From positions 64,001 to 128,000 of the forward strand of contig JBMNIH010000008.1 in the NCBI GenBank assembly GCA_050950825.1: a stretch of DNA of 64,000 bases, read 5' to 3'. The stretch is from Clostridia bacterium (GTDB lineage: Bacteria; Bacillota; Clostridia; JAAYHZ01). Under the pieces are notes generated by a model, which searched no databases, had not been told where the DNA came from, and saw nothing but the letters and a program-made list of their open reading frames with translations. Shown one piece after another: positions 10,216-20,232 of the stretch. Position 1 is the stretch's first letter. The number at the start of each line of letters is the position of its first letter. Both the position numbers and the translations under genes were made by a program.

Positions 10216-11605
10216 TCTGAGCACCGTCCCTTCCTCCTACAATCATTTCGCTGACTCGGATTACCGGTTGGCCTACGTTCGTGGGAACATTTCCGCTTAA
10301 AGATCCGCACACCCCTTGACCGAAGGCCAAATCGCTGCCGACCATGTCGATCCTTTGGATGACTTCATTGCCTTTTCCGATTAAGGTTGCGCCTCGAACC
10401 GGCTCCGCAATTTTACCGTTTCGAATCATGTATCCTTCCGCAACGCTGAAGTTGAATTCTCCCGTGGAAGGGTTCACCGAACCGCCGCCCATCTTTGCGG
10501 CATAAAGTCCGTATTCGGTACCGGCTATGATCTCGTCGAAGGTATCGGATCCGGGTGCAATGTAGGTATTGCTCATACGGGATGTAGGTGCATAGCGGAA
10601 ATTCTGTCTTCTGCCGCTTCCCGTGGATTTTGCATTCATGCGCCTTGCATTCAGCAGATCGATCATATATCCTTTCAGGATACCGTTTTCGATTAATATT
10701 CTTTTTTGTGTCGGCGTGCCTTCATCGTCGATGTTGGTAGAACCCCATGCGTTGGGAATGGTTCCGTCGTCGATGGCGGTTACCTTTTCGTTGGCGACCT
10801 TCTGTCCTACTTTACCTGCAAAAACGGAGTTTCCTTTTGCCACCGACGTGGCTTCCAAACCGTGTCCGCAAGCTTCGTGGAAAATGACACCGCCGAAGCC
10901 GTTGGCCAAAACCACGGGCATCCGGCCGCCCGGACAGTAATTGGCGTGAATCATGGTTACCGCCGTTCGCGCCGCCTTTCGTGCATATTCTTCCACATCC
11001 AGGCTTTCGAAAAATTCAAAACCGCAATGGGCTCCCGGACCATCTACCCCGGTTTGCATTTCATTGCCTTTCGATGCCACGGCGCTGATGTGCATACGGA
11101 CGTAGGTCCTATCGTCTTCTACGAATCGGCCGTCGGAATTGGCCACCAAAATATGCTTTTTGCTGTCCGAGTAATTGATGCTGACTTGAGAAATCAAAGA
11201 ATCTACGCTTTTCGCCGCTTTGTGTGCCGCTGTCATCAATTGCACTTTTTTGCTTTTTTCAATTTTGTGAGGAGGAATTTGAATGATGTGAATGTTGTCA
11301 ATGATATCCTCCTTGAGTTCCGCTCTTTGGATTCGTCCGTCCTTTTTAAGGGCCTGTGCCGCTTTTTTAACGATTTTCGCGATCTCTTCCTTATCGCTTC
11401 CACATGTGTATGCGTATATGGCGTTGTACCCGTCAAATATACGGACGCCGACACCGTAATCCCTTCCGGCGGAAGCTTTGTACACCGTACCGCCTAGCAT
11501 GGTCAGCGCATTGGACTCGGTGTCTTCTACGTAAATTTCGGCAAAATCTCCTCCCGTGGACAGGGCTTCGTCCAACAGGCTACCGATGAAATTTTTATCT
11601 AGCAT
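10208..11605 (-). CDS. tldD: TldD family metalloprotease
   Basis: GGDFAEIY, FHEACGHGLE, DDEG, SRMSNT, GQP; likely start MLDKNF at 11605. Confidence 0.9.
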   Translation of the reverse strand: MLDKNFIGSLLDEALSTGGDFAEIYVEDTESNALTMLGGTVYKASAGRDYGVGVRIFDGYNAIYAYTCGSDKEEIAKIVKKAAQALKKDGRIQRAELKEDIIDNIHIIQIPPHKIEKSKKVQLMTAAHKAAKSVDSLISQVSINYSDSKKHILVANSDGRFVEDDRTYVRMHISAVASKGNEMQTGVDGPGAHCGFEFFESLDVEEYARKAARTAVTMIHANYCPGGRMPVVLANGFGGVIFHEACGHGLEATSVAKGNSVFAGKVGQKVANEKVTAIDDGTIPNAWGSTNIDDEGTPTQKRILIENGILKGYMIDLLNARRMNAKSTGSGRRQNFRYAPTSRMSNTYIAPGSDTFDEIIAGTEYGLYAAKMGGGSVNPSTGEFNFSVAEGYMIRNGKIAEPVRGATLIGKGNEVIQRIDMVGSDLAFGQGVCGSLSGNVPTNVGQPVIRVSEMIVGGRDGAQNG

Positions 11606-11618
11606 TTTCCGGCTCCTT

Positions 11619-12572
11619 TCAAATTTTGTGTTTATATAGCCTTCTCTTATCCATGGACCATACGGGTTCCGAAAACTCGCCCGGTTCCACGTTTTGCAAG
11701 CTCTCGGTAAAATCGTATATACGTGCATCCATAAGATCCAAAAGATGCAAAATTTCCGCTTCGATTATCATGGGAGGCTTCGGACTGCCGTATTCGGGTA
11801 TTCCGTGATGGGTAAGAATCATATGCTGAAGCATGAGTGTAATCTCGGGATCAATGGACAAATCGTCGCTCATTCTTTGAATGGACAAAATTCCCATGGG
11901 TATATGCCCGAGCAGCTGGCCTTCCACGGTGTAATCCGCCATTCCCAACGTATTGGATTCCAGCTCGTTCAATTTGTCCATATCGTGAAGAATAATTCCG
12001 GCGAACAACAGGTCTTTGTTGATGCCCTCATAGACATTCGCCACTCCTTGCGCGTTCATGAGCATTCGTTTGATATGGTACAGCAAACCGGAGCGTACGG
12101 CATGGTGCAAGGATTTCGCCGCCGGCCAGTACAGCAGTTTTTCCTTGTTGGTCTCCAAAAAATACCGGACCAACAGCCTCAAGTCGTCGTTTTCAAAGGA
12201 CTCCACACATTGCTCTATGTAAGCAAGCATTTCTTCCGGTTTTTCGGGAGCGGAGGGTACAAAATCCTCGATTTTTTCTTGAATCTCCGGCTCCGCCATT
12301 TTGTACTTGTCAACGGTCAGCTGCAAAACGCCGTTCCACAAGTCCACCCTGCCTTTAACATAATATATTTTATTGACCTGCAAGCCGTCAAACAATTCCG
12401 GCGTGGCATCCCATATTTTTGCGTTAACGGTTCCCGTTTTGTCGCTAAAATCCATATTGACAAACAGCTTACCCGACTGGGCTTTTCTTAATTCCTTTTG
12501 TTTTAAAATATACAGCCCGGTTGCAACGCTTCCGGCCGCCAAATCGACTATACGTGTTCCTTGAAAATTCAA
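11619..12572 (-). CDS. yhaM: 3'-5' exoribonuclease YhaM (OB fold plus HD domain)
   Basis: DKTG OB fold; PAAKSLHHA, LHD, GHI, HHG..EYGSP. Confidence 0.88.
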   Translation of the reverse strand: MNFQGTRIVDLAAGSVATGLYILKQKELRKAQSGKLFVNMDFSDKTGTVNAKIWDATPELFDGLQVNKIYYVKGRVDLWNGVLQLTVDKYKMAEPEIQEKIEDFVPSAPEKPEEMLAYIEQCVESFENDDLRLLVRYFLETNKEKLLYWPAAKSLHHAVRSGLLYHIKRMLMNAQGVANVYEGINKDLLFAGIILHDMDKLNELESNTLGMADYTVEGQLLGHIPMGILSIQRMSDDLSIDPEITLMLQHMILTHHGIPEYGSPKPPMIIEAEILHLLDLMDARIYDFTESLQNVEPGEFSEPVWSMDKRRLYKHKI

Positions 12573-12585
12573 TCGTTTTTCCTCC

Positions 12586-13935
12586 TTAGTTTAACCGACC
12601 TTCGATTACTTTAACCAATTCCATAGCCCGATCGGTAATATATTTTTTATCCTGTCCTTCTATCATAACACGAATCAGCGGTTCCGTGCCGGATGCTCGT
12701 ATTAAAACTCGGCCTTCGCCTTTGAAATCTTCCTCCAACTGGCTGCGCATCTTTTGAATGACGGGGTCTTCCATGAATCGATTTTTGTTTTCATTGGACA
12801 CCTTGGCATTTAAAAGAACCTGCGGATACACCTGCATGACGGATGCTAACTCCGATAAGGGTTTTCCCGTGGTTTTCATGATTTCCAGCAAATGCATGGA
12901 TGTCAACAACCCGTCTCCGGTTGTGGCATGCTGCAAAAGAATCGTGTGTCCGGACTGCTCTCCTCCTAATACATAGCCGTTATTCAACATTTCATCCAAA
13001 ACGTAGCGGTCCCCGACTTTCGTTTTCACAATATTCAGCCCGTGTTTTTCAGCCATTTTAAATAAACCCAAGTTACTCATGACCGTAGCCACAATGGTAT
13101 TGTCAATCAAGGAGTGGTTTTCCTTCATGTGCAGACCCAAGATGGCCAAAACTCGGTCTCCGTCCACCACTCCGCCCTTTTCATCTACGGCCATAAAGCG
13201 GTCGGCGTCTCCGTCAAAGGCGATTCCCATATCGTAGCCGTTTCCTTTAACGACCTTGATCAAGCTTTCCAAATCGGTGGCTCCGCAGTGGTAATTGATA
13301 TTGACACCGTTGGGTTCCCCGGCGATGACGTCTACGGAAGCACCCAATCTTTTAAAAAGCTCCGGACCGATTTTGTACGCGGCACCGTTTGCACAGTCCA
13401 TCACCAGCCTCATGCCGCTAAAATCCGTTTCCACGGTTCCCGATAGAAAGCTCGCGTAATCCTGTCCGCTTACGGTTATATCGCTTTTTTTACCTACTTT
13501 ATCTCCGATCGGCCGTACGGAGTCCAAGGTACCGTTCGAAACAAGTTCTTCGATCTTTTCTTCCAAACGATCGCTCAGCTTGTATCCTTTGGAATTGAAT
13601 ATTTTTATACCGTTAAACTCAAAGGAGTTGTGAGAAGCGGATATGACGATGCCGGCGTCGGCATGATACAATTGGGTTAAATAGGCGATGCCGGGAGTGG
13701 GAATCACCCCGAGACACATGGCGTGGCCCCCCATGGAGCAAATGCCCGCCGTTATGGCTGCCTCCAAAAGATCTCCGGATATTCTCGTATCTTTTCCGAT
13801 TAAAATGACGGGACTGTGAAACGTCTGCTCTGCGATGACGTACGTAGCCGCTCTTCCGATTTCAAATGCCAAATGACCGGTCAATTCCATATTTGCAATT
13901 CCGCGAATGCCGTCGGTACCGAATAATTTCTTCAT
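12586..13935 (-). CDS. glmM: Phosphoglucosamine mutase
   Basis: FGTDG, ISASHN, FDGDADR, GGEQSGH, RASGTEP. Confidence 0.95.
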   Translation of the reverse strand: MKKLFGTDGIRGIANMELTGHLAFEIGRAATYVIAEQTFHSPVILIGKDTRISGDLLEAAITAGICSMGGHAMCLGVIPTPGIAYLTQLYHADAGIVISASHNSFEFNGIKIFNSKGYKLSDRLEEKIEELVSNGTLDSVRPIGDKVGKKSDITVSGQDYASFLSGTVETDFSGMRLVMDCANGAAYKIGPELFKRLGASVDVIAGEPNGVNINYHCGATDLESLIKVVKGNGYDMGIAFDGDADRFMAVDEKGGVVDGDRVLAILGLHMKENHSLIDNTIVATVMSNLGLFKMAEKHGLNIVKTKVGDRYVLDEMLNNGYVLGGEQSGHTILLQHATTGDGLLTSMHLLEIMKTTGKPLSELASVMQVYPQVLLNAKVSNENKNRFMEDPVIQKMRSQLEEDFKGEGRVLIRASGTEPLIRVMIEGQDKKYITDRAMELVKVIEGRLN

Positions 13936-14010
13936 ACATCTTCAACCATTTTCTTTCAAAGAATCTATTCCTATTTTATTATCAATTTCGCCGATTTTCA
14001 ATAGAATCTG

Positions 14011-15585
14011 TCACAAAAAAGGAGAATACTGTCTGATGATACTTTCCGCAATCCTCAAGCCGTCTACCGCAGCACTCATGATGCCTCCCGCATACCCGGC
14101 TCCTTCTCCCCCGGGCAGGATTCCGAAAAAGCCTAAACAGTGAAAAGAATCGTTTCTTAAGATGCGGACGGGAGAAGAGGTTCGCGTTTCCACGCCGGTC
14201 AACACCGCATCGTTTTGAATAAAGCCGGGAATTTGCTTGTCAAAAACAAGCAAGCCTTCTTTTAAGGAGGAAGCGATATCCAAAGGTAAGCATTCTTCAA
14301 CGGATCCCGGCTCCACGCCGCCGGTATAGGAAGGAGTCACCGTTCCGAATTGATAGGTTCTTTTTCCCGCCAAAAAGTCTTTTACCAATTGGGCGGGCGC
14401 TTTGCCGAGGCCTGCGGCAAAAGCCGCTTTTTCCATTCTTCTTTGGAACTCCACTCCGGCTAACGGGTGATCGGAGGGGTAATCCTTCGGACCTACCGAA
14501 ACCACCAGGGCGGCGTTGGCGTTATCCAAATCCCGAGCATAATAGCTCATGCCGTTGGTTACGACGGTATTTTCTTCCGAAGCCGCCGCCACCACCGTAC
14601 CTCCGGGACACATACAGAAGGAATAGACGCCTCTGTCCTTGATCTTGCACGCCAGCTTGTAATCCGCAGGAGGTAGCATTCGTGCATACGCGCCGTACCG
14701 AGATTCGCTTATAAAGGATTGCTTATGTTCCACCCTTACACCCACGGCCATAGGCTTTTGCGTTATTTGAATGCCTTTTGAAAGCAGCATTTGAAAAGTA
14801 TCTCTTGCGCTGTGGCCTATGGCAAGAACCAAGATCTCGCAAGGAATATCTCCGCGGGTGGTTTTTATACCGCAGACTTTATCGTTTCGGAGAACCAAAT
14901 CCTTCATTTCGGTATGAAACGAAAAGGACCCTCCTAAGCGGATGATCTCGTTACGCATCCGAACCAACAAGCCTCGAAGCAAATCCGTTCCGATGTGAGG
15001 CTTGGAAAGGTACAAAATCTCCTTCGGAGCACCGAACCTTACAAACTGCTCCAACACATAATCGCACCAAGGATCGACAATGCCGGTGGTCAGTTTCCCG
15101 TCGGAAAAGGTGCCCGCACCTCCTTCGCCGAATTGAACGTTGCTTTTTATATCCAATTTCCCGGTATTCCAATATTCCTTCACCTTCAGGACTCTTTCCT
15201 CTACGGGTCCCCCCTGCTCGATGATTACGGGACGGTATCCGTGCCGGGCCAAAAGAAATCCCGCAAAAAGGCCGCAAGGACCGCTGCCTACTATAACAGG
15301 CGGGTCTTGCAGCCTTGTATTACCTATCTTGATATCGGACACCTTGGATTCTTCATAGGGTTTTATGTCTATACGGTTTTTCACCCGAACATTATTCGAT
15401 GTTTCCAGTAAGACCGAAAAGACAAACCGAATATCGTCTTTGTTTCTAGCGTCGATGCTTTTTTTCAATATGCGCCATGAAAGTACGGCGGATTTGGCGA
15501 TTCCCGCTTTTTTCACGGCATATTCCAATACTTGCCGGTCATCCGTATCGATGCCGCATTTAATATTTTGGACAATGTATTTCAT
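14011..15585 (-). CDS. FAD/NAD(P)-dependent oxidoreductase
   Basis: GSGPCG, QFGEGGAGTFSDGKL, YSFCMCPGG, GEGAGYAGGIMSAA. Confidence 0.85.
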   Translation of the reverse strand: MKYIVQNIKCGIDTDDRQVLEYAVKKAGIAKSAVLSWRILKKSIDARNKDDIRFVFSVLLETSNNVRVKNRIDIKPYEESKVSDIKIGNTRLQDPPVIVGSGPCGLFAGFLLARHGYRPVIIEQGGPVEERVLKVKEYWNTGKLDIKSNVQFGEGGAGTFSDGKLTTGIVDPWCDYVLEQFVRFGAPKEILYLSKPHIGTDLLRGLLVRMRNEIIRLGGSFSFHTEMKDLVLRNDKVCGIKTTRGDIPCEILVLAIGHSARDTFQMLLSKGIQITQKPMAVGVRVEHKQSFISESRYGAYARMLPPADYKLACKIKDRGVYSFCMCPGGTVVAAASEENTVVTNGMSYYARDLDNANAALVVSVGPKDYPSDHPLAGVEFQRRMEKAAFAAGLGKAPAQLVKDFLAGKRTYQFGTVTPSYTGGVEPGSVEECLPLDIASSLKEGLLVFDKQIPGFIQNDAVLTGVETRTSSPVRILRNDSFHCLGFFGILPGGEGAGYAGGIMSAAVDGLRIAESIIRQYSPFL

Positions 15586-15602
15586 GGATTATCCTCTTTT
15601 AC

Positions 15603-17108
15603 CTATCGCGAACTTGTCGTTTCCTGCTGTGTGGTAGACTGCACCTTCGGGGTGACCTTGACGCTTACGTTGGTCGTGGTCTTTAAGGTTACATCCCTCA
15701 AGTTCACGTTGTTCAACCGTACAGGCAGTCGATGTACGCCGGTAGTCTTATCGGACACATCCACATAAAAGATCAAATCTTCCATATCCATGCTTTCGAG
15801 AATCTCCGAAGGACCGGTTAACGTAACGGTCGCTCTTAAATCGTTGATCGTATAATCGTATTCTTCCTCATTCTTGTTGACAATTTGAATATTTTCACGA
15901 TCAACCACCACTCTCTTCTGCATAATTACGTTAAGCTCTACGAAACCGAATTCAACTACAGTCAGCCCCTCCGGCAAGTTCACTTGTAAAGGCTGTTTGT
16001 AATAGCCGTCTCGGATAGGCAAAGTAATCTGCGGCGCAAAATCATGTTCATCGATCTTCTCCATATCCTTGGCTTTTCCTTTGACGATCATGGATATCTT
16101 GTCGTTCAAGATGGTCCAATCCAAATTGCTGTCGATATAGATTTGGTTTACGAATATTTCATCCTTGGAAAATTCAATGGTTCGGTACTCATAAGGCTTG
16201 ATACCCACATGTACTACGGCATTGTTAGTACCGACCAACCACAATCCGTCCGGTACCTTGATGGGAACCGGCGCGTCAAACGAGGAATCTCGGCCGGAGA
16301 TGTCCACATTTTCCGTATAGATAACATCGTAGCTTTCCATGACTTCCCTGTAGCCTGCCACATACACGATATGAGGCTCCCAAGAAATGTCGTCTTCGTC
16401 TACGTAATAGTCGTAAGCGGGCTGTCCCGTATAGTTTAAGACCAGCTGTACTTCTTTTTTCATGGTAACCTTCACATCTACCATTACCGTTTGGGGCAGA
16501 ATATCCAATTCATGCCCATCCTCATCGTAAATCTTCAATATTTCTTTATAGGTTTTATCGCTTTTCAGCCGGTCGATATTAACGGTAACTTTGGCCATGG
16601 CAGCTCTGTCAACATAAGAAGACAGGTTTTGTAAAACAATTTTATCCGGCACCATTTCGATGGATGAAACGGAATAACCGTCGTAAGGCATTCCTTCCGT
16701 TTCGCATTCGATCTTCAGCTCTTTTTCTCCGATGCTTTCCATATTCAAATCCAACGTGTTTTTCCCGGATATCCAATAGGAAATGTTTTCATTCCCTTTA
16801 TAGACCAAATTATCCAACGGAATGGACCGCTGTCCTTTGAAAGCATAGTCGTAAATGTCCACGATGATTTGAAAATCCTCCGCTCTGACTTTTTCCAAGG
16901 TTTTCTTTCTGCCTCTTGCCGACACTTCCACCGTATTTATGTAATCTTCCACGACATGTAATCTACGTTCTTTTATAACCGATTCGTTTAGAATTTGGAT
17001 GGGCACGTTGAATCGCACCGTTACTATGGGGTTTTCACGGTTGGTAATCAAAAACCAAATTATTAAAGCGAGAATGACGGATATCCCTCGAATTATATTT
17101 TTGTTCAT
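15603..17108 (-). CDS. cdaR: CdaR (YbbR-repeat) regulator of diadenylate cyclase
   Basis: Single N-terminal TM helix then repeated beta-rich YbbR-like domains; directly downstream of cdaA. Confidence 0.85.
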   Translation of the reverse strand: MNKNIIRGISVILALIIWFLITNRENPIVTVRFNVPIQILNESVIKERRLHVVEDYINTVEVSARGRKKTLEKVRAEDFQIIVDIYDYAFKGQRSIPLDNLVYKGNENISYWISGKNTLDLNMESIGEKELKIECETEGMPYDGYSVSSIEMVPDKIVLQNLSSYVDRAAMAKVTVNIDRLKSDKTYKEILKIYDEDGHELDILPQTVMVDVKVTMKKEVQLVLNYTGQPAYDYYVDEDDISWEPHIVYVAGYREVMESYDVIYTENVDISGRDSSFDAPVPIKVPDGLWLVGTNNAVVHVGIKPYEYRTIEFSKDEIFVNQIYIDSNLDWTILNDKISMIVKGKAKDMEKIDEHDFAPQITLPIRDGYYKQPLQVNLPEGLTVVEFGFVELNVIMQKRVVVDRENIQIVNKNEEEYDYTINDLRATVTLTGPSEILESMDMEDLIFYVDVSDKTTGVHRLPVRLNNVNLRDVTLKTTTNVSVKVTPKVQSTTQQETTSSR

Positions 17109-18229
17109 CTCGTGTCCGGACCCCCCGTGTTTTGCTTAACTTTCTCTTTCTCCTTCTTTTTGCTTTTGTCTTTCGTTTCTTTTGACGATTCTTTTTTCGT
17201 ATCTTCTCCTTTGTATTTCAATACCTTAACGATCCGGTCTTTCAATTTATCCAAAAATTCTTTGAACAGAACCGTAAAATTCTTACCTTCTTTTTGTCCG
17301 GTTTCGTCCTTCTTACTTTCCTTCTTTTCGGCCTTTGCCGCTTTTTCTTCTCTTTGGATGGCGGCTTCTTGTTTAAGGTTTAAAATGTGTATGCCGTGCT
17401 TATCTCTTTTTTCCAGCATGTGTTTGCTCAAGGTTTTTCTTAGAGTGTCCACTTCTCGAATGGTAACCAAGGATCCGTTTCGAACAAAGGAGATGTTACC
17501 GGATTCTTCCGATACCACGATAACCAAGCAGTCACACACCTCGCTGATTCCGATTGCCGCACGGTGCCTGGTTCCTAAGTTTCTGTCAACGTTGGGACTG
17601 TCCGTTAAGGGTAAAAAAGCGGCAGCCGCCCTTATTTTATCTTCTCGAATAATAATAGCTCCGTCATGAAGAGGGGTATTGGGAGTAAAGATATTCTCAA
17701 TCAATTCGGCGGTGACAGCGGAGTCCAATATGACACCGGTTTTAGCGATGTCTTCGATGGTGACTCCCTGCTCGATTACGATCAAGGCACCGGTATAGGA
17801 CTTGGACAGCCGGTTGACCGCCTTCACCACTTCCTCGATAACGGTTGCTTTTTTTATGAGCTGCTTTTGTTCATCGACAAATATGCTGTTGAATATGTTT
17901 TTCTTTCCTAATTGCTCTAAAGCTCTGCGTATTTCCGGCTGGAAAAGAACCACCAAAGAAATGGCGGCAATGGTAATCACATTGTCGAAGATATAGGAGA
18001 TGGTGGTAAGCCCCAGCAATTTGCTCAACCCGGCCAATATAAATACAATCAATATCCCTCTTATTAGCTGCCATGCTCTTGTGTCTTGAATGATAACTAA
18101 AAGCTTGTATATTAAATACGCAACTATTAAGATATCCAGAATACTGGTGATATAAAAAAGCGGGTTATTGCTTTTTAAGTAAAATAAATTCGAAATATCA
18201 CTTACATCAAAAGCCGTCGTATTATCCAT
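17105..18229 (-). CDS. cdaA: Diadenylate cyclase CdaA
   Basis: Three TM helices, FQPE.R, PLHDGA and GTRHRAA catalytic motifs. Confidence 0.95.
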   Translation of the reverse strand: MDNTTAFDVSDISNLFYLKSNNPLFYITSILDILIVAYLIYKLLVIIQDTRAWQLIRGILIVFILAGLSKLLGLTTISYIFDNVITIAAISLVVLFQPEIRRALEQLGKKNIFNSIFVDEQKQLIKKATVIEEVVKAVNRLSKSYTGALIVIEQGVTIEDIAKTGVILDSAVTAELIENIFTPNTPLHDGAIIIREDKIRAAAAFLPLTDSPNVDRNLGTRHRAAIGISEVCDCLVIVVSEESGNISFVRNGSLVTIREVDTLRKTLSKHMLEKRDKHGIHILNLKQEAAIQREEKAAKAEKKESKKDETGQKEGKNFTVLFKEFLDKLKDRIVKVLKYKGEDTKKESSKETKDKSKKKEKEKVKQNTGGPDTR

Positions 18230-18360
18230 GTCACCATTTACTAAGCATCAAATTAGCCTTACCCCTTTTATTCATGTAAAGGAAACATCATTGAGCAAGG
18301 ATATTATATCTTAATATAGGGCATTTTGCAAAGAAATTCAGACGGAAGGATATTATTTCA

Positions 18361-18392
18361 AAAAGCCGCTTAAAAAAGGAAAAAGCGGCTTT
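18361..18392. terminator. Hairpin/terminator after the small ORF
   Basis: AAAGCCGCTT...AAGCGGCTTT; T tract on the minus strand. Confidence 0.6.
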
Positions 18393-18428
18393 CATTGCTT
18401 GTTTATGAAAAAAGGAAAAGATATTTTA

Positions 18429-18527
18429 TTAGTAGGAAAAGATGCTCACTATTGTTAAAGCTGCACTCGTCAATACAAATGCGACTAACGTGATAATAGC
18501 GATGATTCTTACCCATTTTTTATTCAT
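18429..18527 (-). CDS. 32 aa single-TM miniprotein (Prli42/DUF4044-like)
   Basis: MNKKWVRIIAIITLVAFVLTSAALTIVSIFSY; purine-rich RBS, upstream TTGCAA-17-TATACT, downstream hairpin; below the ORF-track cutoff. Confidence 0.75.
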   Translation of the reverse strand: MNKKWVRIIAIITLVAFVLTSAALTIVSIFSY

Positions 18528-18604
18528 CTTTCCCGTCCCTTTTGTTAACATTTATCAGTAAGAGTATACTCTTTGCATACGGTATTTGCAAGTGGGAAAA
18601 ACGG

Positions 18605-18997
18605 CTACCCGTTCCAACCGTATTTGATAACGAAATAGATGACGTAAGCCCAATTTAAAGCGCCGTGGAAGATCGCCCAACCGATGGAATGCCACTTCAC
18701 ATAAGAAATGATCATTGCCAAAACGGCACCGAATCCCACGCCTTGCCGAACCGTTTGATTGGTAACTTTCGTGACATTGGTGATTAATTTTCGTTTTTCA
18801 CCATAGATGATTTCCTCAATCGATATTTCGAAAATGAGGGATAGACGAAACAAAGTATCAATATTCGGAAGGGTTTTTCCGTTTTCCCAATTGGATACCG
18901 CTTGGCGGGTGACATTCATTTGTTCCGCCAATTGCTCCTGCGTCATTTTCTTTTCTTCTCGAAACCTTTTAATGTTTTGCCCGATATTGCCGCTCAT
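18605..18997 (-). CDS. XRE family HTH regulator fused to a small two-TM membrane domain
   Basis: MTQEQLAEQMNVTRQAVSNWENG HTH; hydrophobic C-terminus; ATG at 18997 with RBS GGGGTGA. Confidence 0.85.
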   Translation of the reverse strand: MSGNIGQNIKRFREEKKMTQEQLAEQMNVTRQAVSNWENGKTLPNIDTLFRLSLIFEISIEEIIYGEKRKLITNVTKVTNQTVRQGVGFGAVLAMIISYVKWHSIGWAIFHGALNWAYVIYFVIKYGWNG

Positions 18998-19236
18998 ATC
19001 ATCACCCCTGCTTTCATTATAGGGGTCCGTAATCCGGTTTATCAAGCAATGGTTTATTGCTACCGTAATTGACGATGCGTTTACATGGCAAAATAAAAAT
19101 CGAGCAGAAAAAACCCTTCTCCTGTTTGCTATAGCAGGAATTTTTCAAAACATTCGACGGCGAACCAATCTATTGGACATGACATTCCCCTCATCGGCAA
19201 AGCTTCTTCCTATTTTGGCTTTCTAAATCTTTCTAT

Positions 19237-19566
19237 TTAATCTTCATTTTCCTCCTCATTCAGGGATGAGAAGAGCTCATCCACGATAGCCTTTGCTTCG
19301 GATAATTGCTTGTAAAAGACATAAAAACGTACACTTTCAAGCATCGGTCCTGTTTTCGTTGCCAAACCTGCGCCTAATACGTTTTTTTGAACGAACGGTA
19401 TATTCCGCTGCTTAAGCACATCCGCGAGCATACCGCTCCAAATTTGCTCTTTCTCAGTAAGAAAGCACAGATCGTCCGATGCCACCTGCCGATCGCTTTT
19501 TCTGCCGCAAACAGGGCAACGTTCTCCGTCAATCGGTAGGCAACAAGTATTGCAATACAGAGACAT
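19237..19566 (-). CDS. Hypothetical protein with an N-terminal Zn ribbon and a DUF2007-like domain
   Basis: CNTC...CPVC then L.D.L....IP motif; RBS GAGGAGTGAGG. Confidence 0.55.
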   Translation of the reverse strand: MSLYCNTCCLPIDGERCPVCGRKSDRQVASDDLCFLTEKEQIWSGMLADVLKQRNIPFVQKNVLGAGLATKTGPMLESVRFYVFYKQLSEAKAIVDELFSSLNEEENED

Positions 19567-19719
19567 GAAACCTCACTCCTCTTGTCCGGATGAATGGTAT
19601 AAATACCCATATCAAGTATATCATGTGATACGAGAACATATCAAGTTTTGCCCTGCCGGTTCGAAAAAAAATCCGACCCCATCTCCAATAGAAAAGATTT
19701 GGTTCGGATTATATTGGCT

Positions 19720-19802
19720 TGGTGCGGGTGACAGGAGTTGAACCTGCACGGTTGCCCGCTAGATCCTAAGTCTAGTGCGTCTGCCAATTCCGCCACACCC
19801 GC
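19720..19802 (-). tRNA. tRNA-Leu (TAG)
   Basis: GCGGGTGTGGCGGAATTGGCAGACGC...CTAGA CTTAGGA TCTAG, long variable arm, GTTCAA, encoded CCA. Confidence 0.97.
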
Positions 19803-19813
19803 AAGCAAAGAAT

Positions 19814-19842
19814 ATTATATCTGTCGCATGACGGTTTGTCAA
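19814..19842 (-). promoter_or_regulatory. Sigma-A promoter of tRNA-Leu
   Basis: TTGACA-17 nt-TATAAT perfect consensus. Confidence 0.85.
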
Positions 19843-19915
19843 ACGAAAAAATTCGATACTTTATAGTGATATTCTTCCTTCCGATAATTCGATATGCTCG
19901 TTATCGAATATCGCC

Positions 19916-20212
19916 TTATTCTTCCTTTTTGCTTCTTCTCGGCTTCTTCGTATCTCCTTCCTGCACCTGCTCCCTCAAATGGCGCTTTTTCCAGAGTGAG
20001 AGTTGTATGGAATACAAGAGAAAAATAACCGCCGATATTCCTAAAGGCCAATGGAAAAAGAAATTCGCACTATCGGAATAAATGTCGATGGTGAATAGGA
20101 GAAAATTCAGAATAAAAAGGACCATGAACAGCATAAGAATCTTTTTAATCTCTTTGCTGTTTCGAACGACAAAACGGTTGAATTTATTGTCTTTGATTTT
20201 TTTACGATCCAT
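19916..20212 (-). CDS. Small two-TM hypothetical membrane protein
   Basis: RBS AAAGGAG; two hydrophobic segments with basic termini. Confidence 0.65.
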   Translation of the reverse strand: MDRKKIKDNKFNRFVVRNSKEIKKILMLFMVLFILNFLLFTIDIYSDSANFFFHWPLGISAVIFLLYSIQLSLWKKRHLREQVQEGDTKKPRRSKKEE

Positions 20213-20232
20213 GCGATAAGCTCCTTTATGTA

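Noticed and set aside
18605-19719. An island integrated at the tRNA-Leu 3' end
   Set aside because: No duplicated tRNA 3' sequence or integrase found; the adjacent inverted repeat fits a terminator.
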